From Alphaproteobacteria bacterium (GTDB lineage Bacteria; Pseudomonadota; Alphaproteobacteria; MPNO01; UBA830), in the NCBI GenBank assembly GCA_965243135.1, contig OZ251539.1:1408001-1472000 (forward strand): DNA of 64,000 nucleotides, read 5' to 3'. Both the position numbers and the translations under genes were made by a program. Of this stretch, positions 39,738-50,480 are shown piece by piece. The notes below the pieces were generated by a model. The model did not search any database. It saw nothing but the letters and a program-made list of their open reading frames with translations, and was not told the DNA's origin. Each line of letters opens with the position of its first letter. The first letter of the stretch is position 1.

Positions 39738-40640
39738 TTGGCGGAGGTCGGCTTCATCGGACTCGGAAACATGGGCGCGGCGCTGGCCCGGCGGCTGCTT
39801 CGCGAACATCGGCTTTGCGTATGGGACCTGAATCCGGAAGCGGTCGGGCGGCTGCGGGGGGAGGGCGCCGTCGCCGCGAACGGGCCTGCCGGCGTCGCGG
39901 CGGCGGGCGCGAACATGGTCGTGACCTGCCTGCCGACATCGGCGGAGGTCGAGGAAGTGCTGTTCGGAGACGGCGGCGTCGCTGCGTCGCTGTCCCCCGG
40001 ATCCCTCGTGGTGGACATGACGACCGGCGATCCGCTGGCGACGACGAGAATGGCCGCCCGGTTGGCCGAACGTGACGTCGAATTGGTCGATGCGCCGGTC
40101 TCGGGCGGAGTCGCAGGCGCCAGGAAAGGAAGCGTCGCCATCATGGTCGGCGGGCCGCAGGCGCGTTACGAACGCGCGCGGGCGGTTCTTGAGACGATCA
40201 GCCCCAATGTCTTTCATGCCGGCGACATCGGAGCCGGGCATGCGATGAAGCTGATCAACAATATGATCTCGTCCTGCGCGCGCATTGCGACTTTCGAGGG
40301 ACTAGCGCTCGCGGTGAAGGCGGGACTCGATCCGCGACGTTTTGCCGATATCCTGTCGAAATGCACGGGGCGCGGTTACGTCGCCGACACGACGCTGCCG
40401 GATTACGTCATTCCCGGCCGCCGCGATCAGGGCTTCGGGCTGGCGCTGATGTACAAGGACCTGACGCTCGCGACCGGACTCGCGCAAGAATTGAAGGTTC
40501 CCGTTACGGCGGGGGCGCATGCTCGGGAACTGTTCCGCCGGGCGTTGAACGAACTCGGCGACGATGTCGACATCACGCAGCTGGTGCGCATCTTCGAGTG
40601 CGCGGCCAGCGTGGATGTGACGGAGCGCGGAGCGCAGTAG
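39738..40640 (+). CDS. 3-hydroxyisobutyrate dehydrogenase family NAD(P)-dependent oxidoreductase
   Basis: GFIGLGNMG, DAPVSGG, IMVGG, KLINN, KDL. Confidence 0.9.
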   Translation: MAEVGFIGLGNMGAALARRLLREHRLCVWDLNPEAVGRLRGEGAVAANGPAGVAAAGANMVVTCLPTSAEVEEVLFGDGGVAASLSPGSLVVDMTTGDPLATTRMAARLAERDVELVDAPVSGGVAGARKGSVAIMVGGPQARYERARAVLETISPNVFHAGDIGAGHAMKLINNMISSCARIATFEGLALAVKAGLDPRRFADILSKCTGRGYVADTTLPDYVIPGRRDQGFGLALMYKDLTLATGLAQELKVPVTAGAHARELFRRALNELGDDVDITQLVRIFECAASVDVTERGAQ

Positions 40641-40644
40641 TCAG

Positions 40645-40809
40645 CAGCCGTGGCCGGCGGGGGACGCCTACCGGCGCTACGGGAAGGGTCACCATCCCGC
40701 GGGCCTCAATTTGGGCGATGTCTTCGCTTACGCGCTTGCCCGGCGGAGGAAACTTCCGTTGCCGTTCAAGGGCGGGGATTTCACTCGCACCGATATCGGC
40801 GTAGCTTGA
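40645..40809 (+). pseudogene. vapC: C-terminal fragment of a VapC (PIN) toxin
   Basis: DAYRRYGKGHHPAGLNLGDVFAYALARRRKLPLPFKGGDFTRTDI*, the characteristic VapC30-type C-terminus. No start codon, N-terminus or antitoxin is present. Confidence 0.75.
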
Positions 40810-41927
40810 GCGAGACGGTTTTCGGCCCGAAGCTGAAGGTGCGCGAGCCGTCGGCGGAAAGCGGTCCCGCGGCGGCGGCAAGGCAATCTCGAGTTTCCCG
40901 GCGAGTCTCGCAGGATCCGCCGAGGCGAGGCAATGATCGCCTTTCTCGTTGCGCCAGTCCTCGCGCTCGCACAGTTCGCGGACCGGCCGACGCCACCCTC
41001 CCCGTCGACCGCCCTTCGGAGCCACTCGATGCTGTGAAGCCGGCGAAGTCCAACTTGCCTGCGCCGAAAGTAGTGTCACCGATTCGAGGAGTTAACTAAT
41101 CCCTGACGAAAGATCCTGAGCGTTCACCCATGGTGCATCTCCAAATTTTTGGCCCGAAACCCTGACGCCGATTGCTTCGTTGTTCCGTCGCACCGTCGAG
41201 CGCTTTCATTGCGGCGATAAGGCCGAAGCCTTTCCGCTTACCCCCTCCCTCTGAAACCGGCGCGCATTGCGGAGGCGTTCCTTCGTGCACTATTGTCGAC
41301 TCGCGGCAGCAGATGCGTCGTCGATGGCAAGCTTGGCTTCCGTGTCGCCGCTGGTGGCGGGCGGTGAATAACGGCTTCGTACGCACTCCCGCAAGGTCGT
41401 TGTCTTTGAGCCGGTCCAAATTTGCCCCAAGCGGCCTCCCACCGGCTTTGGCAACTCTGCTTCCGCGGCTTCGACAATCGTTCCGGTTTCTCACTCCATA
41501 AACGGACTTGGTTTATGGGCGCGACGAATTCTTCTTTTTGCCGATCAGCCGGGTGTTTCTGTCCCGAACTCGGCGTGCGGAGGCCTCCGCCGTCGTCCGC
41601 AGACGCAACGCATCAATCAGTTTCCGGTCGCGGGTCGCGTTGCCCGACATCTGTCAACGTCTTCAGCGCGGAATGGTCTTGGAAGGCGGAACGTCATTTC
41701 CGCGAGGAAATGCGGTGCAAGCGCCGCTGAGTCGGGAGACCCGAACAGGCAGAGGCGCGTCTTGCCGCCGTACCAGCTACCGGCGGGAGTTCCGTTGGTT
41801 AATGGCCGCCGTCCCCGGCGCGGAATCTCCGGTACCTCAACGGACCATTCTTCGTGCCGCGTTCTGCAGAAACCGCGCTGCCGTAACATCCACGGTACGG
41901 GTTTGGGTTTGTGGTCTCGACGTTGCT

Positions 41928-42494
41928 TCAGTCAGTTCGGCGTGAAGGGGAACGCGGGACCAGCATGCGCACGAGGGTCGATCCCTTGTCCATGAAATGG
42001 TGCTTGAGAGCCGCCCCGGCATGCATGGCGACCAGGGCGATACCGCCATAGGCCAGATAGAAGTGGATTTCGATGGCGAGGTCGCGGATTCGCTCCGATA
42101 TTTCCAACAGCGCGGGCAATTCGAACAATCCGAACATGCCGATGCCCGCGCCTTCCGAGGTCGAAATCAAGTAGCCCGTGACCGGAAGAAGGATCAGGAG
42201 CGAACTCAGGATCCAGTGCATCGCGGTGGCGCCGGCGCGCTCATAGGCCCTGACTTCCCGTTCGAATCCCGGTTTCCTGTCGGCGAACCGCCAGCCGAAT
42301 TTGGCCAAGACGAGCGCGAGAACCACGATCCCGATCGTCTTGTGAAGGGAAAGGGAGTCATGATACCAGGAGTCGTAGTATGTGAGCTCCACCATCCAGG
42401 CGCCGAGCCCCACGAGGCCGATAAAGGCGAAGGCGATGGTCCAGTGGAAGAACATGGATACAAGACCGTAATGGTCTTTGCCGTTCTTCCACAT
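41928..42494 (-). CDS. cytochrome b561 (YceJ-like)
   Basis: YG...FHW, LHKTIG, MHWIL, IHFYLA, HAGAALKHHF..K..TLVRM; adjacent to yceI. Confidence 0.9.
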   Translation of the reverse strand: MWKNGKDHYGLVSMFFHWTIAFAFIGLVGLGAWMVELTYYDSWYHDSLSLHKTIGIVVLALVLAKFGWRFADRKPGFEREVRAYERAGATAMHWILSSLLILLPVTGYLISTSEGAGIGMFGLFELPALLEISERIRDLAIEIHFYLAYGGIALVAMHAGAALKHHFMDKGSTLVRMLVPRSPSRRTD

Positions 42495-42527
42495 TGCGTT
42501 TTTCCGGACCTCGCAGCGCGCCCGGTC

Positions 42528-43103
42528 CTACTTCCGAATGCCCTCGATCGACAGGAAGAGGTCCATGGATTCGGACGCCGGACCCAAGCTTCGGCCCGCG
42601 CCGAATTCGCTGCGCTTCAGCGTCGTTTCGCCTTCGAAACCAGCGCGATACCCACCCCAAGGGTCGTTGCCTTCGCCTACCTTTTTCACGGCGATGGAGA
42701 TCGGCTTGGTAACTCCCATCAGCGTCAGGCTTCCTTTCATGGTGCCGCCTTGGGCGTCTCCCTCGTAGGCCGTGCTGACGAATGTCGCCTTGGGAAACTT
42801 CTTCACGTTGAGGAAGTCTGGCGAGCGCAGATGCTTGTCGCGTTCGGCGTGGCCGGTGTCGACGCTCGTAGTGTCGATTTCGACCGAGATTTTCTGTCCG
42901 GCCGGCCCTGCGGACGGATCGAACATGAAGTCGCCCGACAGCTTGTCGAAGGTGCCGATCATCCAGGAATACCCAAGATGGGAGATCTTGAACTGGACGA
43001 AACTGTGGGCGGGGTCGATTCGGTATTCGGCGGCGCGGACGGCCGCAGCCGAAAACGCGATGGCGGCAGCGGCGAGTACGGCTCCCAGAATGCGCAGGTT
43101 CAT
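42528..43103 (-). CDS. yceI: YceI family polyisoprenoid-binding protein
   Basis: [43 protein letters not shown]. Confidence 0.92.
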   Translation of the reverse strand: MNLRILGAVLAAAAIAFSAAAVRAAEYRIDPAHSFVQFKISHLGYSWMIGTFDKLSGDFMFDPSAGPAGQKISVEIDTTSVDTGHAERDKHLRSPDFLNVKKFPKATFVSTAYEGDAQGGTMKGSLTLMGVTKPISIAVKKVGEGNDPWGGYRAGFEGETTLKRSEFGAGRSLGPASESMDLFLSIEGIRK

Positions 43104-43718
43104 GCTTCGATCTCCTTTTCAAAGTCGGGGGCGACGTTCCCAAGCATACCATAAGATGGGTTTTCGCGCCCGCCAGGCAAGCCTCGTTGACGATTGGCCC
43201 CGGACGGCCCTGCCTGCGCAAGCCGGTTCTTCATCGCCGCCGAGGGTAAAACCTCTTGTCTTCGACGACGGCCGGAGAAACGCGGAGATCGGCGCGCCAT
43301 GAAAAAGGCTCTTGCGATCGGTTGTCGGGCGGATGTCGCGGTTTCCGAGTGAAGCCGCGTGGTTCGGGTCCGGTCATGCACCCCTGTCCGCCCCGAACCG
43401 GGCCGCCGGCCGCGAGTCCCTGAGACCGCTTCCGTTCACCGGCAAATTTTTGCCTGTCCAATGAGAACGCGCCCGATAGCGCGTCGCGGCGGCGGCATAG
43501 ACAGGCGTCCCGCCCAAGGAGGGGGCCAGGCAAGACGCAACCGCCGTCGAGGTCGAGCGCGCAATTACCCAATGCGAGAAAAGATGTTATTGGTCATTGC
43601 AGAGAAATCGTCGCTGCATGGCTTCGGTTCGCCGCGTAAGTCTTTCGTCGGAATGCGCGGACTGCTGGCTGGTTGGCCGAAAGGTGCCGAAGATGAGCCG
43701 AACTCGAGCAAGGAACGA

Positions 43719-45824
43719 ATGACGTATCGTCTCGGCGTCGATATTGGCGGCACGTTTACCGACTTCGCCATCGTCGACGCCGACACCGGAGAGATCCGCG
43801 TCGAAAAGATTCTCACCTCGGCCGGCGAGCCGGAAAGAACCGTTCTTTCCGGCATCGACGGCCTGGCCGAGGCGATTCCATCCCTCTTGTCCCGAACGGC
43901 CGAAGTGATCCACGCCACGACGTTGATCACCAACGTCGTCCTCGAGCGCAAGGGGGCCTTGACCGCATTGCTGACGACCGCGGGGTTTCGCGACGTCCTG
44001 GAGATGGCTCGCGAGGTCCGCTACGACATCTACGATATGTTCATCCGCCTGCCCGAGCCGCTGGTGCCCAGAAGACTGCGTCTTGGAGTGAGCGAGCGCA
44101 TTCTGGCCGACGGGACGGTGCTGCAACCGTTGGCCGAGGACGAGGTTCGCCGGGCCGCGGCCGCTTTCCGCGATGCCGGCGTCGGCGCGGTCGCCGTCAT
44201 GTTCCTCCATTCCTACCGGAACGCCGCCCACGAACTCCGCGCGGCGGAGATATTGCGCGAGGAGCTGCCGGGAATCGTCGTGTCGCTGTCGCACGAAGTT
44301 CATCCGGAGCCGAAGGAATACGAACGCGCTTCGACGACCGTGGTGGACGCCTACGTCAAAGGAGTGGCCGAAGGCTATCTCGACCGGTTGTCCGGCGGGT
44401 TGACGGAACGCGGCTACGCCAACCGCCTCTTCGTGATGCTGTCGAACGGCGGGGCCGCAACGGCGGAGACCGCCAGGAAAGTTCCCGTGCAGATCGTCGA
44501 ATCGGGGCCCGCGGCGGGAGTCGAGGCGGCATCGTATTTCGGGCGGCTGATGGGAACCGACCGCATGCTGTCGTTCGACATGGGAGGAACCACGGCGAAG
44601 CTGTGCGTCGTCGAGAAAGGGAAAGCCTCGCGAAACCGCGCGTTCGAAGTCGACCGCGTGCACCGCTTCAAGGCCGGTAGCGGCCTGCCGGTGGCCGTGC
44701 CGGTCTACGATCTGCTGGAAATCGGCGCCGGCGGCGGCAGCGTCGCCCGGATCAACGATCTCGGTTTGCTTCAGGTGGGACCGGATAGCGCGGGTTCCGA
44801 CCCCGGGCCCGCAAGCTACGGCCTCGGCGGCGCCGCTCCCACGGTCACCGACGCAGACCTCCTGCTGGGCTATCTCAATCCGGACTACTTTCTCGGCGGC
44901 CGAATGCGTTTGGACACGGCGGCGGCGTCGGAAGCGATCGGCGCTCTGGCCGGGGCCGCCGGTCTCACGCCGGTCGGCGCCGCTGCCGGCGTTCACGAAC
45001 TGGTCAACGTCAACATGGCGTCGGCCGCGCGCATGTATCTGACCGAAAAGGGCCTGGCCGCGCCGCAGCTGTCGCTCGTCGCCTTCGGCGGCGCCGGGCC
45101 GGTTCACGCCGTGGATCTTGCCCGCAAGCTCGGTTGTCCGAGAGTGGTCGTTCCTCCGTATTCAGGCGTCATGTCGTCGCTCGGGCTGCTGGCCGCTCCC
45201 GTCGCGTTCGAGCGCAGCCGCGCGATACGGCGCATTCTCCGTACGCTCGACCTTGAAACGGTCGAGGTCGCGATCCGCGAACTGGAGCGCGAGATCCGGC
45301 CGCTGATGCCCGACGGCGCGGCGGCGATCGTTCGGCGGAGCGTCGACCTTCGCTATTCCGGTCAGGATTATCCCCTGGAAATCGAAATCGAGGGCCCGGG
45401 GAAGCTCGGCGCGAACGCGCCGGATTGGGAGGCGCGATTCGAGGCGGCGTACAGCGACCTCTACGGCAAGGTGGACGACGACAATCCGGTCGAACTGGCC
45501 AGCGTGCGCGTGCATGTCAGCCAGCCGCTTCCGCATCTGGAAATTTCCCGTCCGGCCGCGGCGGCGGATGCCCCTCCCAAGGCGTTTCGCGACATGTTCG
45601 TTTCCAGCGTCGGCGGAATGGAACGCGTGCCCGTCTTCGAACGCGCCGCGCTGCGCGTCGGCCAGAAAATCGACGGTCCGGCAATCGTTGAAGAGCGCGA
45701 ATCGACCACGATCGTCGGACCCTCCGACCGGTTGGAGGTGAACGAGTTCGGGTGCCTGACCGTCGACCTTGCGGCGACGGTCGGCGGCGAAGCGCCCGCG
45801 GCCGCCGTTGCCGGGAGCGGATAG
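43719..45824 (+). CDS. hydantoinase A / 5-oxoprolinase (ATP-hydrolysing) subunit
   Basis: GVDIGGTFTD, HATT, ESGPAAG, DMGGTT, IGAGGGS, AFGGAGPVHA. Confidence 0.92.
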   Translation: MTYRLGVDIGGTFTDFAIVDADTGEIRVEKILTSAGEPERTVLSGIDGLAEAIPSLLSRTAEVIHATTLITNVVLERKGALTALLTTAGFRDVLEMAREVRYDIYDMFIRLPEPLVPRRLRLGVSERILADGTVLQPLAEDEVRRAAAAFRDAGVGAVAVMFLHSYRNAAHELRAAEILREELPGIVVSLSHEVHPEPKEYERASTTVVDAYVKGVAEGYLDRLSGGLTERGYANRLFVMLSNGGAATAETARKVPVQIVESGPAAGVEAASYFGRLMGTDRMLSFDMGGTTAKLCVVEKGKASRNRAFEVDRVHRFKAGSGLPVAVPVYDLLEIGAGGGSVARINDLGLLQVGPDSAGSDPGPASYGLGGAAPTVTDADLLLGYLNPDYFLGGRMRLDTAAASEAIGALAGAAGLTPVGAAAGVHELVNVNMASAARMYLTEKGLAAPQLSLVAFGGAGPVHAVDLARKLGCPRVVVPPYSGVMSSLGLLAAPVAFERSRAIRRILRTLDLETVEVAIRELEREIRPLMPDGAAAIVRRSVDLRYSGQDYPLEIEIEGPGKLGANAPDWEARFEAAYSDLYGKVDDDNPVELASVRVHVSQPLPHLEISRPAAAADAPPKAFRDMFVSSVGGMERVPVFERAALRVGQKIDGPAIVEERESTTIVGPSDRLEVNEFGCLTVDLAATVGGEAPAAAVAGSG

Positions 45825-45826
45825 GC

Positions 45827-47557
45827 ATGCAACTCGACCCCGTCACCATCCAGATCCTGTGGAACCGCCTCGTAACGGTCGTCGACGAAGCGGCGACCGG
45901 CCTGATGCGCACGGCCTATACGCCGTCGGTGAAGGAATATCACGACTTCTGCTGCGCGTTGTTCGACGCCAACGCGCAAATGCTCTCCCACTCGACGGTC
46001 ACGACCGCCGGTTTTCTCGGCATCGTGCCCGAAGTCATGAGGAATTTTCTCGAAAAATACCCGCCGGAAAGCCTGGGGCCCGGCGATGCGATCGTCACCA
46101 ACGACCCCTGGGTCGCCAGCGGCCATCTCATCGACATATCCATCGCTTCGCCCATCTTTCATCGCGGCCGCATCGCCGGATACGCGTTGTGCATCGTTCA
46201 TCACCTCGACATGGGCGGGCGCATGTCGACGCTCGAATCGAAGGACATGTACGAAGAGGGCCTGAAGATTCCGATCCTCAAGCTTTACGAGGGCGGCAGA
46301 CTCAACGAAACGGTCTTCGAATTCATGCGCGCGAATATCCGCGTGCCCGACAAGGTCTTGGGCGATGTGCGGGCGCAACTGGTGGCGAACAACGTCTGCG
46401 GGCGCGGCCTGCAGGCGCTGCTCGAAGAATACGGCCTGAACGGGCTCGAAGAGCTCGGCGCGGAAGTCATCCGGCGCACTGAGGGCAGCCTGCGCCGCAA
46501 GATCGCGGCGCTGCCGGACGGCGCTTATCGCAACGACGTCGTCCTGCCCCGGATTCCCGGATGCGACGACGAAATCCTGATCAGGACCCTTGTGACGGTG
46601 CGCGGGGACGAGGTGGCGATCGATTACACGGGGTCGTCGGGCGAAGTCGGCGCGGCCGTGAACTGCTCCTACAACATGACGCGTTCCTATTCCGCCTATC
46701 CGATCAAGCTCGCGCTCGATCCCGGCGTGCCCAACAACGAAGGCGGATTGCGTCCGATCAGGGTCGTCGCGCCGGAAGGCACCGTCGTCAATTCGCGACC
46801 GCCGGCGGCCACCTGGGGCCGCACCATGATTTCCCATCTTTTTCCCGAAATCGTGTTTGCGGCGATGGAGAACATCATGCCGGACGCCATTCTGGCGTCT
46901 AACGGCGGATCTCCGGCCAACGAGGTTTACCTGCACGGCCGGCATTCCGACGGCCGGTCGTTCATGGCGATCGCCCAGCACAGCGGCGGATTCGGCGCCA
47001 GCGCCCGATACGACGGGTATTCCTGCCTGTGCTTTCCGAACAATACGCGGAACATTCCGGTCGAAGTCACTGAAAACGAAGCGCGGATGTACTACGTGCG
47101 CAAGGAATTGCGGATGGATTCCGGCGGGCCCGGACGCAACCGCGGCGGTCTCGGCCAGGAAGTGGAGTTCGGCATTCTCGACGGCGGCGGCGAACTGTCG
47201 CGCGACGTGGAAAGCTCCGTGCGTCTCAGCGGCAGAACGGAGAACGGAGCCTTTCCCGTGTTCGGGCGGCGGGATGGCCGCAACGGCCGCGGCAGCGGCA
47301 TGTGGCTCAACGGCGAGCCCGTCGATCACGGCGTCTATCGCCGCCTCGTTCCGGGCGACCGCGTGCGGTTCGTGTTGAGCGGAGGCGGCGGTTACGGCGA
47401 TCCGAACGAGCGGGAACCGGACCGGGTTCTTGCCGATGTCGAGCAGGGTTACGTCTCGCTCGAACGGGCCGAAGCCGATTACGGCGTCGTCATCGATCCC
47501 GAACGAATGCTGGTGGACGCGGCGGCGACCGCGGAGCTTCGGCGCGGATCGTCATGA
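45827..47557 (+). CDS. hydantoinase B / oxoprolinase subunit
   Basis: LDPVT..ILWNRL, NDPW...HL.D, HHLDMGG, EEGL.IP, DSGGPG..RGGLG, GGGGYGDP. Confidence 0.92.
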   Translation: MQLDPVTIQILWNRLVTVVDEAATGLMRTAYTPSVKEYHDFCCALFDANAQMLSHSTVTTAGFLGIVPEVMRNFLEKYPPESLGPGDAIVTNDPWVASGHLIDISIASPIFHRGRIAGYALCIVHHLDMGGRMSTLESKDMYEEGLKIPILKLYEGGRLNETVFEFMRANIRVPDKVLGDVRAQLVANNVCGRGLQALLEEYGLNGLEELGAEVIRRTEGSLRRKIAALPDGAYRNDVVLPRIPGCDDEILIRTLVTVRGDEVAIDYTGSSGEVGAAVNCSYNMTRSYSAYPIKLALDPGVPNNEGGLRPIRVVAPEGTVVNSRPPAATWGRTMISHLFPEIVFAAMENIMPDAILASNGGSPANEVYLHGRHSDGRSFMAIAQHSGGFGASARYDGYSCLCFPNNTRNIPVEVTENEARMYYVRKELRMDSGGPGRNRGGLGQEVEFGILDGGGELSRDVESSVRLSGRTENGAFPVFGRRDGRNGRGSGMWLNGEPVDHGVYRRLVPGDRVRFVLSGGGGYGDPNEREPDRVLADVEQGYVSLERAEADYGVVIDPERMLVDAAATAELRRGSS

Positions 47558-48468
47558 GTCGACGCCGGGTTGCAGGGCAGGGCGCGCGCTTGGCCGATGC
47601 CGGACTGAAGCCCATCGGCCGTCCGTTCTGGCTGCTCGGCCCGGGCGTTCTCTGGCTGTTGGTTTTCGGCTTGGCGCCGCTCGCCTTCATGCTGATGATG
47701 TCGTTCTGGACCTCGACGATCTTCGGCACCCGTCCCGACTTCTCTTTCGACAATTACGCCCGGGTCGTTGTCACCGATCTATACCGCGACCAGTTGTTCA
47801 AGACCCTGCGTATCGCCGCGATGACGACGGCGATGACCCTGGTGATCTCCTATCCGGTGGCCTACCTGCTGTCGCGTCTCAAGGGCATGCGCAAGGCCCT
47901 GTTCGTGCTGCTGATGTTCCTGCCGTTCTGGACCAGCTACGTCATCCGCGCCTTCGTCTGGCTTCCCATCCTGGGCCGCAACGGCGCCGTCAACAATTTT
48001 CTTCAGGCGGCGGGCGTCATCGACGCTCCGTTGGACTGGCTGCTGTTCAACGAAGGCGCCGTATTTCTCGGGTTGATCTACGTCTATGTGCTCTTCATGA
48101 CGCTGCCGATCTACCTGTCGCTGGAGAAGATCGATCCCGCGTTGGTCGAGGCGGCGACCGACCTTGGAGCCAGGCCCGCTTCGGTGTTCTGGCGCGTCAT
48201 TCTGCCGCTCAGCTGGCCAGGCGTGCTGTCGGGCTGCATCATGGTGTTCCTGCTGTCGGTCAGCGCCTTCGTCACGCCGCAGCTGCTCGGCGGTCCCTCG
48301 GGCATCATGTACGGCAACGTCATCGCGAGTCAGTTCCTTGCCAACAATAACTGGGCGTTCGGGTCGGCGCTGTCGCTGACGTTGGTGGCGATCGTGCTGT
48401 TGCTGCTGCTCGTCAGCTCCCGCTGGATCGGCGTGCGGCAGGTCTTCACCGGCGGACGGGACGGGTAG
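47554..48468 (+). CDS. ABC transporter permease (PotB-like)
   Basis: LPFWTSYVIR, EAATDLGA, VTPQLLGG. Confidence 0.9.
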   Translation: MSRRRVAGQGARLADAGLKPIGRPFWLLGPGVLWLLVFGLAPLAFMLMMSFWTSTIFGTRPDFSFDNYARVVVTDLYRDQLFKTLRIAAMTTAMTLVISYPVAYLLSRLKGMRKALFVLLMFLPFWTSYVIRAFVWLPILGRNGAVNNFLQAAGVIDAPLDWLLFNEGAVFLGLIYVYVLFMTLPIYLSLEKIDPALVEAATDLGARPASVFWRVILPLSWPGVLSGCIMVFLLSVSAFVTPQLLGGPSGIMYGNVIASQFLANNNWAFGSALSLTLVAIVLLLLLVSSRWIGVRQVFTGGRDG

Positions 48469-48471
48469 GGC

Positions 48472-49317
48472 ATGGCCGCTCGGGCGCCCGGCAAATTGGG
48501 CCGCCGGCCGTACGGCGGATATCGGACGGCGCTGTGGATTTATGCCGGCGTCTTCTACGCGTTTCTATACACCCCCCTGCTGATGATCGGATTCCTGTCT
48601 TTCAACGATTCCGAAATCGTCGGTTTTCCTTTCACGGGGTTCACGATCCGATGGTACGAGGTCGTGTTCGACAGCCCGGCGCTGATCAAGGCGTTGGGCA
48701 ACAGCCTCGCCGTGGGTTTCCTGGCGGCGGCGATCTCGACCGCTTTGGCCCTGTCGCTGGCCATGGGCTTTCGTCACCGGTTTCGAGGCAAGGCGGTCAT
48801 CCTTTATCTGATCTTGGTTCCGATCATCATTCCGGGCATTATCGGCGGCATCGTGCTGTTGATCTTCTTCGGGTATTCCGGCGTGCGGTCATCGCTTTGG
48901 ACCACCGTTCTGGTAGCGCATGTCAACTGGGTGTTGCCGTTCGCCTTTCTCACGCTGTATCCGCGCCTGCACGGATTCGACCGGACGCTCGAGGAAGCGG
49001 CGATGGATCTCGGCGCGCGGCCGCGGGAAATTTTCACGCGCATCGTGTTTCCCATCATCCGGCCCGGCGTGATCGCCACGGCGCTGTTCTCGTTCAGCCT
49101 TTCTTTCGACGAGTTCATCAGGACGATATTCGTGACCGGGTTCGATCGGACGATACCCGTCCAGTTCTGGGGCCTCATCGTCGACGAATTGGCGCCGCAG
49201 TTGCCCGCGATGGCGGTTATCATTATCGTAATTTCGATCTTCAGCTCTCTTGTCGGGTTCGTCTTCATGCATCGTGCGACTGAACGCGCCAGGCTTCAGG
49301 CTCGGCCCGGGAGGTGA
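48472..49317 (+). CDS. ABC transporter permease (PotC-like)
   Basis: SFN...GFTIRWY, EEAAMDLGA, SFDEF. Confidence 0.9.
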   Translation: MAARAPGKLGRRPYGGYRTALWIYAGVFYAFLYTPLLMIGFLSFNDSEIVGFPFTGFTIRWYEVVFDSPALIKALGNSLAVGFLAAAISTALALSLAMGFRHRFRGKAVILYLILVPIIIPGIIGGIVLLIFFGYSGVRSSLWTTVLVAHVNWVLPFAFLTLYPRLHGFDRTLEEAAMDLGARPREIFTRIVFPIIRPGVIATALFSFSLSFDEFIRTIFVTGFDRTIPVQFWGLIVDELAPQLPAMAVIIIVISIFSSLVGFVFMHRATERARLQARPGR

Positions 49318-49364
49318 GGGAGCCGCGTGACCGAAGGCACGCACGCAACCAGGGAGGAACGAAA

Positions 49365-50480
49365 ATGACCAGTCATGAAACTCGCGCAGGGGAGGGCGGC
49401 ACGCACCGTCGAGCCGTTCTGAAGGGGATCGCCGGGGTCGCGGCCGTCGGCGCCTTGCCGGCGTCGCCGGGGTTCGCCCAGTCCAAAAAGGTGGTCGCCA
49501 TCATGCCCGGCGTATTCATCCCCGACGCGGCGAGGCCGATCGTCGAGCGGTTGTCGGGCGTGAAGGTGGAAAACGCGCCCTACGTGTCGCCGACGGACAC
49601 GCTGGCGAAGCTGATGGCGCCGGGCGGCACCCGCAACTACGACATGATGATCAGCCTGACGAAGTTCGTGAAGGATCCGGCCCTCGGGGAGAAGGAAGGC
49701 GACGAGCGGGTTCGCGCGCTCGACATGAGCCGCATACCCAATGCCGGCAAGCTCATGTCCCTGTTCAAGAAGGACATCGTGACCCGCTCGGGCAAGACCT
49801 ACATGATTCCGATCGTCTGGGGATACGATTCGGTCATCTACAATGCCGACAAGATCCCGACCGACGATCCGTTGACCCAGTCCTGGGGGGTGCTGTTCGA
49901 CGACAGGTACAAAGGCCGCGTCGCGTGGCGCGACGACGCCCACGGCATGATCATGGTCGCGGCGCTGCATCGCGGCCATCCCGACCCGATTTCCATGGAC
50001 GCCAGCGACCTGAAGGACATCACCGCCTGGCTGATCGACCGCAAGAAGAACGTCCGCACCATGTGGACCAAGTTCGGCGAAGCGGTGAACCTCGTGTCGT
50101 CGGGCGAAGTCTGGGCGATGTACGGTTGGATCGCGATGCGGGCGGCCCTCCAGAAGCAGGGTCTCAACGTCACCAACAATTGGCCCCGCGACGGGCTTCT
50201 GACGTGGAACCAGTCGGGCTTCGTTCCCAAGGATTCGCCCAACGCGGCGGCGGCGGAAGCCGTGATCAACGCGATGCTGTCGAAGGAGTACGGCCAAAAG
50301 CTGACGGAGGTGACCAACTATCCGTCGACATCCGCGGAGGTCGCCGCGTTGTTCGGCGATGCCGACAAGCGCAAGCTCGGCTTCGACGTCGTCGACCGGG
50401 GCGTCAAGCTCTACGGGCTCGACTTTCCGGCCAGCATCGATAAATGGGTCGAATCCTGGAACACCGTCAAGACGGCGTGA
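49365..50480 (+). CDS. Tat-exported ABC substrate-binding protein (PotD-like)
   Basis: HRRAVLKG twin-arginine signal; YMIPIVWG, YKGRV, SGEVW. Confidence 0.85.
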   Translation: MTSHETRAGEGGTHRRAVLKGIAGVAAVGALPASPGFAQSKKVVAIMPGVFIPDAARPIVERLSGVKVENAPYVSPTDTLAKLMAPGGTRNYDMMISLTKFVKDPALGEKEGDERVRALDMSRIPNAGKLMSLFKKDIVTRSGKTYMIPIVWGYDSVIYNADKIPTDDPLTQSWGVLFDDRYKGRVAWRDDAHGMIMVAALHRGHPDPISMDASDLKDITAWLIDRKKNVRTMWTKFGEAVNLVSSGEVWAMYGWIAMRAALQKQGLNVTNNWPRDGLLTWNQSGFVPKDSPNAAAAEAVINAMLSKEYGQKLTEVTNYPSTSAEVAALFGDADKRKLGFDVVDRGVKLYGLDFPASIDKWVESWNTVKTA

